Positions 36,102 to 49,248 of a stretch of 64,000 nt of DNA are shown piece by piece. Position 1 is the first letter of the stretch, and every line of letters begins with the position of its first letter. The translations under genes and the position numbers were made by a program. The notes under the pieces were generated by a model, which was not told the DNA's origin, ran no database searches, and was given only the letters and a program-made list of their open reading frames with translations. Origin of the DNA: Blastocladiella emersonii ATCC 22665 (taxonomy: Eukaryota; Fungi; Blastocladiomycota); NCBI GenBank assembly GCA_025594325.1, contig JANHCV010000009.1, forward strand, positions 248,001-312,000, in the 5' to 3' direction.

Positions 36102-36198
36102 TTAGGAAGACGAATACACAACCGTTGTACACGCGATTGATGGTGGAGAGAGGGCGACGACGTGTATATATAGGCAACAAAAAAGGGAGCGGCGGGGA

Positions 36199-38424
<2,226 letters not shown>

Positions 38425-38505
38425 TCAGGTGACGGCATCGCGTCCATTTGCGCTACCGTAATAGAGGTACATGTTGCACAAATCATCACAAAATCAGTCC
38501 ATCCA

Positions 38506-40708
38506 TCACTTTTGAGTCTGCATCTTCTTCTGCTCGGCCCACATCTGCCCGAGCGCCGCCATCACGTCCTTGTGCGCGGCGCCGGGCCGCGCGCGCTTGA
38601 CGGCCGCGTACTGCTCCTTGACAAACACCTGGTACGCCGTGAGCGGCCGCGGCGCCTTGACCTTGACCGGCGCGCCCGCGGCTGCGGCGGCGTCGGCGTC
38701 CGCCGCGGTCCCAAGAAGCACGAGCTCGTCGCCGACCATCTCGTGGAGCACGAGCGCGCCGGTCCCGCACTTGCCACACCCCTGCCAGGCCACGTCGATG
38801 GACCGCGAGTGGCGCTTGTGCGCGTGCCCGCACCCAGGCGTCTGGCACACGTAGTGGAACCGGCGCTTGATGTCGTACGTGTGGCGGACGGTGACGCGGT
38901 CCGCGGGGAACGCGCGGGTCGCGCGCTTCGCCCACGCGTGGAACAGCGGGCCGTGCGGCGGCTTGACCGAGTGCGAAAAGTACCACGTCGCCGCGTGGCA
39001 CAGCTCGTGCAGCAGCGTCGACCGCAGCCGGTCCTCGGAGTCGACCACCTTGGTGCTCAGCTCGACGGACCCCGAGTAGATGTACCCGTCGTCGGGCACG
39101 GTCGCCGCCGTGGGGTCGGTGAGCGAGCCGGGTAGCAGCGGCGCGTATCTGGTAGGCTTAGCCCGGCGGCCGCGGAACCGGCCGGCCGTTCGCGTCAGGC
39201 GCGGCTTCCACACCACGGGCAGGTCGGCCGGCAGCTTCGAGTCGAACACGGCGCGGTTGAACTCGGCAAACGCGGCCGCGGCGAGCGCGACGCGCTGCTT
39301 CTTGAACGCCTTACCGGTCAGGTACACGCGGGCCGGGGCTACGCGCGTGCGGCGTGTTAGTTGCCGTTCAGGCGAGAGCGAGCGAAGGAGAAAACGTACC
39401 GCACTTCTTCTTGAGGATGGCCGCCTCGGCCGCCTCAGCCTCGGTCATATCAAAGTCCTCGTCGCCCGCGCTCCCGACATCCTCGTCGTCCTCGCTGTCG
39501 TCAATGAACGACGCGTCGGAGTCGTCCTCATCGAGCTCGCTGCCTTCGTTATCCTCGTGGCCCGAGTCACAGCGCCCACCCTCCTCGTCGTCCTCGTCGC
39601 TGTCGTCGTCCTCGACACCCTCCTCCTTGTCGAGCCCGTCACCGAGGAACCGCGGCGGCCGCGCCAGTGTATCGCCGCCCGCGCACCGTGCGCGGAGCAG
39701 CTCGACGCGGGACGCGCGCTGGGTCCGGTTGCGCGACGGCGCGGAAGGCATGGCGAGCGCGTCGGCCTCGATCATGATGATGTCGTCATCGTCGTCCTCG
39801 GCGGTGGTGTCAACCTGCTCGGGTTCGGGCTCAGGGTTGCGGACGAGGTCGCGGCGGCGGCGCAGGCGGCGCAGGGTCGGTTTCGGCGACGTCGGCGACG
39901 TTGGCGATACACGGACGGCGGGCGAGGGCGTCGCAGCGCGCGGCTCCGGCTCAGCAGCGGGCGCGAACGTCGGGGTGGCGCTCGCCGCCGCCGCAGTCGG
40001 AGTCGCTGCCACCGCAGCCGGCGACGGGGACGCGAGCGCGAGCAGGTCCTGGATCGGGCGGGCGGGCGACGTCGGGTGCGGCACGGCGTAGCCGAGGCCG
40101 TCGGCCTTGGTCTCGACCGACAGCTTGGACATGCGGCGGACGAGCGGGTCGGCGGCGCGCACGGGCGTGTCGGCAGGCGACGAGCGACGCGATCGCTTGC
40201 GCGGGCGGGCGAGGAGCGGCGAACGAGTGAAGGGGATTCGCACCGCATCGTCATTGTCATCGTCGTCGTCGTCGCTCGAGAGGATGATCACCTGCGTGAC
40301 AGGTGCCGCGGGGCGAGGCGTGGGCGCCTCGGGACGAGGTGCGGGCGCGGCAGGACGAGGTGCACGGCGCGCAGCGTCGAGCTGGGTGCGCAGGGTGCGG
40401 TTCTCGTGCTGCAGCCGGTCGACGAGCGCGACGATGCGCTCGATCGCCGACTCGAGCTACTCGCACCGACTGCGTGAGTCGTGAGAACGGATGAGCGACT
40501 TCGCGTTGATACGCACGCGTTCGTGGACAAACTCGTAGTCTTCCATCTCGCGATCGTCCTCTGACTCGTCGTACTCGTCGGGGTCGCTGAAGTACGGGAC
40601 CTTCGCCTCGAGCGCGTGGACAAACCGCTTGTACATGTCCTCCTGGCGCTCGTAGCGCCCGCCGCGGCGGCCGGCGGCGAGGTACGCAGGCACGAAGCTT
40701 CTGCGCAT
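38506..40708 (-). CDS. GCNA: GCNA/ACRC-like SprT metalloprotease with acidic disordered region, Zn finger and HMG box
   Basis: RLTRTAGR, ELSTKVVD, TLLHELCHAA (HExxH), HGPLF, CxxxxC..CGKC, and HMG-like PLTAYQVFVKEQY..VMAALGQMW; SIM-like VIILSSDDD upstream. Confidence 0.85.
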
Positions 40709-40952
40709 TCTAGCAATTCATGGAGGGGTGTGCGATGGAGCGAGAGGGAGAGCGAGAACCAAAGGCGACGACGCGTCGATGGCTGTGGGACGACAGAGGC
40801 CTGGACAGAGGCCGCTGCGCCATCGTCACACGACCCGCGACCTCGTCTCGGCCACATCACCGCGCCCTCCCCCCCTCCTCCCGGCGACGACAGCCGGCGA
40901 TCGCGCGGCCCGCACTCTCTGCAACGCATTCTCCATCGCCGCCGCGGCCGCC

Positions 40953-43900
40953 ATGTCGCAGTCGTCGCGCGTCTACCCCGCGAAAAAGACGACGCACGCC
41001 GGCCCGGGGACCGCCGCCGTCCCCGCGGGCGTCGCGCCGGGCCAGGTTAGCGCGCTCACCAAGCTCGGCCACGCCCAGGCCCACGCCCAGGGCCTGGGCA
41101 AGCCCAACCCGCGCGGAAAGCGGCTCGGCCCGATCGCTTCCATCCCGCCGCCGTCCGCATCCTCGTCATCGGCAGCGGCGGCAGCAGAGGATCCGGCGGC
41201 CGATACGGAACCGCTCGACCTGCACGCGCTGTTCCCCGGCGACCTCGTGTGGTACCGGCTCAAGGTACCGCCCTCGGGTAAGTCCCTGATGGTGCCGGCC
41301 ACAGTGAAGGCCGTGGCGCCGCTCGTGACGCGGCTCGAGCTCGACAGCCCGTGTTTCGGCGACAGCGGGACCGTGACGCTGAACGAGCGCCGGCTCCTGC
41401 GCCACTACTACGTGCTGCCGGCCGCCAAACCCGGCGATCCGGGCACCGACCAGCTGCGGACGTACGAGGCCACCCTGCGCAACTCGGTCAAGACGGCCAA
41501 GCCTGAGACCATGCGTATCGCGCGCGCCGGCGTCAAGCTGCTCAACAGCATAGCGTCGGGCTCGGCGTCGTCTGGCACGTCGGCGCCGGCCAAGGTCCTC
41601 GGCAACATCATCGCGCCGCCTCCCCGCCCTGGATCGAGCGGTACCTGTACGTTCTCGGTGCTCGTTAGTGCTCTTGAGGTGGCCATGTCTCACGCCCGCT
41701 CGCCTCTTCTTCGCATATAGCCGACCAGTTTGCCCTGCCCTCGACCAAGATTAGCGATGCCGGTACGCCCTCCCCGCGGTCATCCCTGCCCCGATCGCGC
41801 TGACACGCTTCGCCGTGTAGCCAAGGACCGGTACCGCACCGAGACCAAGGCCAAGGGCGCCGCTGCGCCGTCCAAGGCCGCTGCCGCCGCCGTCGGCGCC
41901 TCCACCTCGTCGTCCAAGCGCGCCTCCGCGCCCGCACCGGCGCCGAAGAAGCCCGATCCCGCGGATACGTGGGTCGCCGACGCCGGCTTCAAATCCAAGC
42001 TCTCGGACAGCGACCTGAGCAGCGATGACGAGCGTGAGTACCGTGATCTACACCCTCCTGTCGAACAGTTACTGACCAACCCGCCCAACGTAGTCGTCAA
42101 GCCGCCCAAACGCGCGCCGGCGGCAGCCCCGCCGAAATCGCGCCGCAGCGCCGGCGGCACCCCGATCGAGTCGCCCGCCGAGACCGCGGCGCGCGGCGCG
42201 TCACGCGCCCAGTCCGCCGCCAACTCGCCCAAACCGCTGCCGCCCGCCCCGCCCTCGCTCCGCCCGCCATCGCCCGTCGCTCCGCGCGACCCGCCGAGCC
42301 CGAAACGCGCCACCATCAAGACGGTGCGCATGGCGAAACGCGCGCGCACGTCGCCCAGCGACCTCGGCCTGAACATTGACCTCCCCGCGGCAGCGCTGTC
42401 GCAGGACAGCCTAGCGGACCTAGGCTCGGTCGTCGCGTCGGATGACGACTCGGACGACGCGGGCGGCGAGCACGCGCGCGCGGCCGCCGCGCAGTGGCTC
42501 GCGCTCGGCGACCCGGCGCTCGCGCGGCGCGGGGCCTCGCCGCTGCACGTCCCCGCGCGCATCCTCGCGCGCACCCCCGCTACGGGCTCGGTCCGCGTGC
42601 GGTACTTTGACGGCGTCGACGCGGACCTCGACCGCGCCGCCGTCCGCGTGATTGGGGACCGCGGGTTCCGCGACGTGCCCGTCGCGCGCCCGCCGGCGCC
42701 GCCGCGCCCCGACCCGCGGTACCGCAACCCGGTGCTCGAGGCGCGGCTCGCCGCGGTCCTGCCCGCCGTCGACGGCGTGCTCCAGGGCGAGCGCGCGAGT
42801 GCACGGTTCGCCATGTACCGCCAGCTCGGGCGCCGGTCCCAGAACGAGCTGGCGGGGCTGTCCGGATACAACCCGTACTCGCGCAACGAGTACGCGCTCG
42901 TCCGCCGCGTGCTCGAGTGGCGGTACCTCGGCACGCCGTTCGAGGATGAGGATGGGGTGGTGGCCGTGATGCCCCCGTCGTCGCAGCAGCAGGCGCCGCC
43001 GTCGGTCGACGTCCCGATGCAGGAGGAGGAGCCCATCACCGTGTCGGGCCCGTCGTCGCCCGTGCTCTCGGACCTCTCGGACCTCGACGACCCGGCGCCC
43101 GCGGACGCGGCGGCGGGCCGACGAAAGTCCAAGCACAAGGCGACATACGTTCACTCCTCGTCGTCGTCCTCGTCTTCTTCCTCGGACGACTCGGACCGCG
43201 ACGACTACGACCCGCGCCCGGTCCAGCAGTCCAAGGCGCGGTCCAAGAAGCCGTCCCCGACCACCACGTCGGCGCCCGCGCCCATCACCGCCGTCGCGGG
43301 CAAGTCCAACTCGAAGAAGAAAACGAAACCCGCCGCTTCCGCGGCATCTGGCGAGCCGACCCTCGCCGACCTCGACCCGCCGCTGCGCTCCCCGACCCGG
43401 TCGACGGCAGTCGCGGCGCACGCGGCGCGGCTCGCCCCGCTCGCGACGCTGTTCCCGCGGCCCGACGCCGCCGCGCTGCGAGTCTCGGACCGCCGCCTGT
43501 TCGACTTCGTGATTGTCCCCGAGACGGTGCTCCGGCTCGTCGTCCTGTCGCACGGGCTCGCGGACGCGGCGGCCGCGGCGGAACCGACGCCAGGTGCGGT
43601 TGCCGCGGTGGATGCGGGCAAGAAGGCGGGGAAGAAGCGGGGCCGCGACGACGACAAGAAGAAGGCGGCGGCAGTCGTGGCCGACCCGGCGTTCGTCTCG
43701 GCGCTCTCCGCCGACTCGGACTCGGACGCTTCCTCCTCCTCGGCGTCGTCGTCGCTCAGCTCCGCGCCCGGTTCCTCCCCGCCACCTCCCGCCCCCGCCG
43801 CTGCCCCAACCTCGACCATCTCGCGCGCGGACCGCCTGCTCGCGCTGACGGCGCAGTACGCGTACGACTCGGAGCACTGGAACGATCTGGACGCGTGGCA

Positions 43901-44066
43901 CGCCGCGGGCGCGCCGGTCCCCTACCCCGCCGCGTACACGGTGTCGCCGGCCGCCGAGCGCGCCGTCATCCCGCTCGCCGAGGCCGTGTACAAGGACGCG
44001 GCGTGGGTCCACGGCATCGTCGAGCTGCACCGCACCACGCGGCAGCACGGCTCGGGGAGAAGGTAG
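40953..44066 (+). CDS. Large protein with two PWWP/Tudor-like barrels in low-complexity linkers (introns near 41641-41820 and about 42034-42092)
   Basis: LFPGDLVWYRL..MVPATV and WLAL..HVPARIL..VRVRYFDG motifs; Lys-rich NLS-like patches. Confidence 0.55.
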
Positions 44067-44130
44067 AGTGTACATGAAGGACGAGGAGGAGTATATATAG
44101 TTTACGATACGAAGAGAGTGGGTGGTTTAT

Positions 44131-47100
44131 TTACACGGGATGCTGCTCCGGCGCCGTGACGGGTGCAGGCGACGCGACGACGCGCGGCGGCGACAAGAAG
44201 GTGTCGACGCCCGCCGCACTCGCCGCCATCCCAGCCGACTCGAGGTGGCTCCCCGCGGGCGTCGCGAGGACCGCCTGGTGGAACACGCCGCGCGGCAGGA
44301 GCGACGGCGGGGTGCCTGAGGCGGACGGCGGCGCGGACGACGTCGGCTGCGCTGATGTCGCCGTATAACTCGCGCCCGCACCTGCCTCATCGCTGCCGTG
44401 GCCCGCGACGGTCCCGCCGCTCGAACTGCCGCCCTTGACGTGGCCCCACAGATCCTTGGCTTTCCCGACGACCGCGTTGATCCGCGAGTGCTGCTTCCCG
44501 CCTGCGACAGCGCCCGCGTTCGCCGCCGCGGCTGTCGCGACGGCGTTCGCGGTGGGCGAGCCGAGGACGACGGACAGCCGCGGGTGGTACCCGGCTTGCG
44601 GCGCGATGCTGCCCGACCCGCCGTCCGACGAGCTGCGCGCGTGCCCTCCTCCGCCACCAGCGCCGCCCGAGGCGGGGTTCCGGCGCACCGACGACACGCG
44701 CGGCGAGCCCGACGACGTGGTCGACAGCGAGTCGTGGCTGATGGACGCGGACAGGGGTTTCGCGCCGGTGGAAGCCGGTGGCCACATGGCGTCGGACAGG
44801 ACCGTGACCGAATTCGTCGCCGCCCCCGGCCCCGATGCGATCGAGCTGGACGAGCCTGCGGCGAGCGGCGCGACGGGCACCGCCACCGCCGGCGGCACAT
44901 TCCGTGCGGGCGGGAGCGGTGGCGCGGCGGCGGCAGCCGATGTTGGTGTCGGCACGTCCCCGCTCGGCCCGCCCGAGAGCGTCAGGACCGTGGTATCCCG
45001 CAGCGGGGTCGCGGCGCTGGACGCCGCCGTGGCGGGCGATGCGGTGAGGAGCGGGCGCAGCGACGCGGGCGGGGTCGCGGCCACGACGACGGCAGCGGGG
45101 TCCAGGACCGGAACGGCGGCATCTTCGGGCTGCATCTCGGGCGCAGCGAGTGTCGCCATGGTCTCGTTGGACCCGAGCCCCTGCGCGGCGGGCAACGGGA
45201 TCGCGAGCGCGGGCCGTACAGCAGCACCCACTAAAGTCTCGGCTGACGATAGGTGGTGGTGCGGCGGCGTCCCGGCATCCGCGTTCCCCGCGCCGCCGCT
45301 GCCGCTGCAGGGGCTGTCGGCGCCCGACGTGGCGTGGATGTTGGCCTCGGCATTCCGACGCCCCGCCGCTGGTGCCAGATCCTCGGGGACCGCGGGCGCC
45401 GAGGTGTTGGTGCTGCTGCTGTTCCCGCGGCGCCGCTGGAACATTTTCGCAAACTTGCCGCCCGACTGCGACTGCGACTGCGACTGGCCGTGCCCGCCGT
45501 GGCCATGGTGGTGTGCATCGCCCGGGGACGGCGCGAGACCGGGTACACCGCCGAGCCCGAGCGCGTTGGTCGACGCGGCGGCCGCGACGGCCGAGTTCGG
45601 AGTACCCGGCGCCGCCGCGGCCGTCACCGCCGTCGGCAGGATCGCGCCCGGCGAGTCGGTCCCGGCCGCCGACGCCGCGCCGGGGATCGACGACGCGCGG
45701 AGGTTATTGAGCGAGCCCGACGCGGCGCCCGCGAGTCCCGCGGACGCGGACGCGCCGGCCTCGTTGATGGCGTTACTCGACGACCCGGCGTGCCCCGCGG
45801 CGTCGAGGTGGAACGGGTTGGCCTTGTCGCCAGCGGGCTCGACGGAGGCCGCGCGGCGGAAGATGTTGATGCGGCGGCCGGCGCCTTTCGCGGAGCCCGT
45901 GGACGCGGCGGATGACGGGCCGGTGCCGTTGTTGTTGGCGAGGGCGGTACCGCCGGGCCCGTTGAGCGAGTTGGCGGGCGCGGGGCCGGGCGCGGGGCCC
46001 GAGAGGGCGGTGAGCGAGGCGGTCGCGCCCGCGCCGGCTTGCAGCGGCAGGTTCGCGGGCTGCGGCGACTTGCGGAACGGGATCCCGCGCTTCTTCTTCT
46101 TGGTCTGCGTCGTGGCCGCGGCCGGGTCGCCGCTGCCGCCGTTCATCGGCCCGCCCCCGCTGCCGGGTGCGCCGGGCGGCCCGCCGTCCATCCCCAGCCC
46201 GCCGCCGCCACGCAAGTGGTGCGGGTGCGCGAGGCCGGAGTACTGCGGGTCGTTGAGCCCGTCGGTACTCCCGCCGAAATCGTCGTTGTCGTTGTTGTTG
46301 TTCCCGCCACCACCACGCTTGAACAGGCCGCCGGCCCACTGCTTGGCCCACCCGACGCGCTGCTTGATGTTCTTCTTGGCCATCTGGACGTTGATCTTGC
46401 GCGAGTTCTTCATGAAGTAGAGCAGCATGCAGTTGGAGAAGACGAGGAGCAGGAGGAACGAGTCGAAGCTGCAGTACCGCATCACCAGCGTGTACAGGGT
46501 CAGGAACCCGAGCAGCCGCCGGCGTTGCCGGACCAGGTGCGTCTCGCGGAGCTCTACACGGGCGCGAGGGCGTGAGTTCTCGCGATGAAGGACTAAGCCG
46601 CGAGGCAGCGCGTACCGCCAAACGTGGCCTTGGTCGGACTCTTGGACCCGGGCGCGTGCACCGCCTCCTTTTCCGGGAACGTGAGCAGCGCGAGGTAGGT
46701 GAGCGGCGACAGCCAGTTGATGCTGTTCTCGTTGACGGGGCCGAGGTTGGCCACCTTGGGCAGCGGCAGCTGGGACGCGGCGTGCGCGAGCCACGCGCCG
46801 AGACCCGCGGCGTGCAGGACGAGCGGCGGAGGCGGCGGGCCGGGGACGGGTGGTTGCTCGGCGGCCGTAGTCGCATCGAGGCCGGGTGGTAGCGGCTGTT
46901 GGAGGTTAAGCGGGGCCGGGACCGCAGCGGCAGCCGGGCGACGGAGCCCACCGCTGCTACTGCCGCTGCCCGAGTTGTTGGCGTCGAACGCGGGCGACCC
47001 GGCGACGGCGCGGTCCGCGAGATCCGCGGTCTGGTTCAACCTCGCGGCCGCGGCGGCCGCCGGATCTCCACCATGGTGGTGGTGATGGTGGTCGGACGTG

Positions 47101-47546
47101 GACCCAGCGCGACTGGCGCCGCCGCCGCCGCCGATGAAGGGGAACGAGAAGAGGTTGAGGACACCACTCGCCTCGTCGTCGTCGTCATCGTCGGGCCCGC
47201 CGGGACCCAGCAGCAGGTCGTCGTCGTCGACGTCGCCCTGGTTCGGGTTGCCGGTCCCGTCATCCCCGTCGTCGTCGTTGCCCGGCTGCCCATTCCCGCC
47301 GCCGAACTCGTCGAACAGCAGGTCCGACTCGCCCGCGTCGCTGTGCGCGTAGTCGTGGTGGCCGCCGTGGTGGTGATCGTAATGGGCCGCGGATGGTGGT
47401 GGTGGCGCAGCAGACGCGGCGGAGGACCCGAACCCGAAGCGCGGCATGGGCGCGCGTTCGAGCAGGCCCATGAGCCCACTCGCGGCCGCGGCCGAGGCCG
47501 TCGAAGAGGGTGGTGGTGGTGGTGGAGGGTGGTGCGGGTGGCTCAT
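44131..47546 (-). CDS. Uncharacterised membrane-anchored protein with small central core; intron 46554-46615
   Basis: Core LRETHLVRQRRRLLGFLTLYTLVMRYCSFDSFLLLLVFSNCMLLYFMKNSRK..QRVGWAKQWAG inside long disordered arms; GTACG…TAG intron joins the two ORFs. Confidence 0.7.
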
Positions 47547-49248
47547 GCGGCGGTCCGAGTGCGGCGACGGTTTGAAGAGCAGCGCGGGCTCGGGCGGCGG
47601 CGAGGGCGACGAGGTGGAGCGGGACCGCGCGTGCGGCATGGATGGATGGAGGGAGGGAGAGAGGAAGTGTGTGATCGGGGCCCGCGCGAGTGTGATGGGC
47701 TCGGTGATGGGCGGGCAGTCGCGGTGCCGGCCGCCGTCGTCGTCGATGGGGAAGTTGGATGATGATGGAAGCGCAGTCGCGGGACTCAGTGGAGGTCGGC
47801 GTCGCGGGCCGGCCGTTGCATCAAGTGTGGTGGGAGACGGGTCGCTGGATCCGGGTGCCGGGCCGTGCGTGCATGGGGTTCATGGGGCGAGTGTGGAGGC
47901 GATGGGAGTCGAGAGAAGAGAGCAGGGCGCGCCAAGGCTCAGCGCGAGGAGCAGAGCGCGTCGGCGGCCGTCGTCGGTCAGCGGACTCACCGCTCCCCCC
48001 ATCCGCGCACGGCCCTGTCCCGCACCGGAAGGAGGAGCGAGCGGCGCGGGGCCGGATCCGAAAAACGCGTAATACATCCGGGCCACGTGCGCGTGCATTA
48101 CGATGGCCAAAAACAAAAAGAGAAATGCGGATGCCTCCCGCATCGCACGTGACGGCTTGTATCACCATCTCACACCCGCCTCGCCGGCCGCCGCGATGCA
48201 TCGCCGGCGAATCGCACCGCCGCCGTGCGGGTTCCTGCAACCGCGGCGCGGCGCGGCGCCGTCCTCGACAGCTCGAGCGCGAGCGTGAGCGCGACGGTCG
48301 CGGTGCGAGGGGGCGCGGCGACTACGCCTGACGGGAGGGCCCCGCGCACAGTGTGGATCGGCGACGGCTTCCGCCGATGCTGAAGGAGCGAGGGTGAGGG
48401 AGGGAGCGGTTAAACGCCCGCAAAGGAGAGGATTAAACTCGCGCGGTGAAGCGGACGGGGTGAGATCAAGTAAAACAGCAGCCTCGCATCATCACATTTC
48501 TTTTTTTCTTGCGTGCGTGTGTGTGCGTGGCCCGCGCCCGCCCGCCCGCCCCGAATAATCGTCATGATTCGCGGGCCGCACTCTCCTTCTCTCTCCCGCC
48601 TGCCTGCTCGCCCCTCGTCGCTCCGCCCCGGGCTCGCGTCCTTCCCCTCACTCCTCGCCATCGGCTGCAGCCCGACGGCCACTCCACTCCCTGCAGCGCA
48701 CGCACGCAGAGCAGAGCCACCCACGACACCCGAAGCGCACGGTGCGTCACGTCTCCTCTCCTCTCCCCTCACTCCCGCCCCGCACCGCGTGCAGCGGATC
48801 GTCGCGCACCACCCTCGCCATCCGGTGCACGGTGCGCCGCGTCCGCGTCCATCGCGACAGCCGCGGGCCGGCATGCGGCGCAGCACCCGTGGTGGCCGTC
48901 CGCGGCGACGCCGATGGCGAGTACGGTGGGGCAGATGATGCCTGTTCGAGGGTGCCTTCGAGGCAAGCGGTGGCGGGCGGTGTTCGGGGGTCGTGTGTTG
49001 ACAACAGAGTTCATCGAGTCGTAACACGATGATGCGGGTGGCGGGCTGGTGGGAGAGGGAGCCGCCGCCCGCGCGCGCCGCGACCACCTGCCCCGTCCGC
49101 GTCCGCGTCCGAGACCTCCGCCGCCCGCCGCCGTGGCCACCGACCGACTCCTTCCCACTCGCGACGTCAACCGACTGACCGACTGATCTTCAATGTAACT
49201 CGCGTCGCGTGCGCGCAGCCCGATCTCAAGAACCGCAACGACACCGCC

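Noticed and set aside
40288-40460. Suspected frameshift in the GCNA N-terminus
   Set aside because: Codon-level reading shows LESAIE…APRPAAPAPRPEAP…VIILSS is one continuous frame after the 40458-40520 intron
47650-49240. 1.6-kb region with many short ORFs and CT/GA tracts
   Set aside because: Consistent with divergent promoter/UTR DNA; no coding or structured-RNA signal I can support
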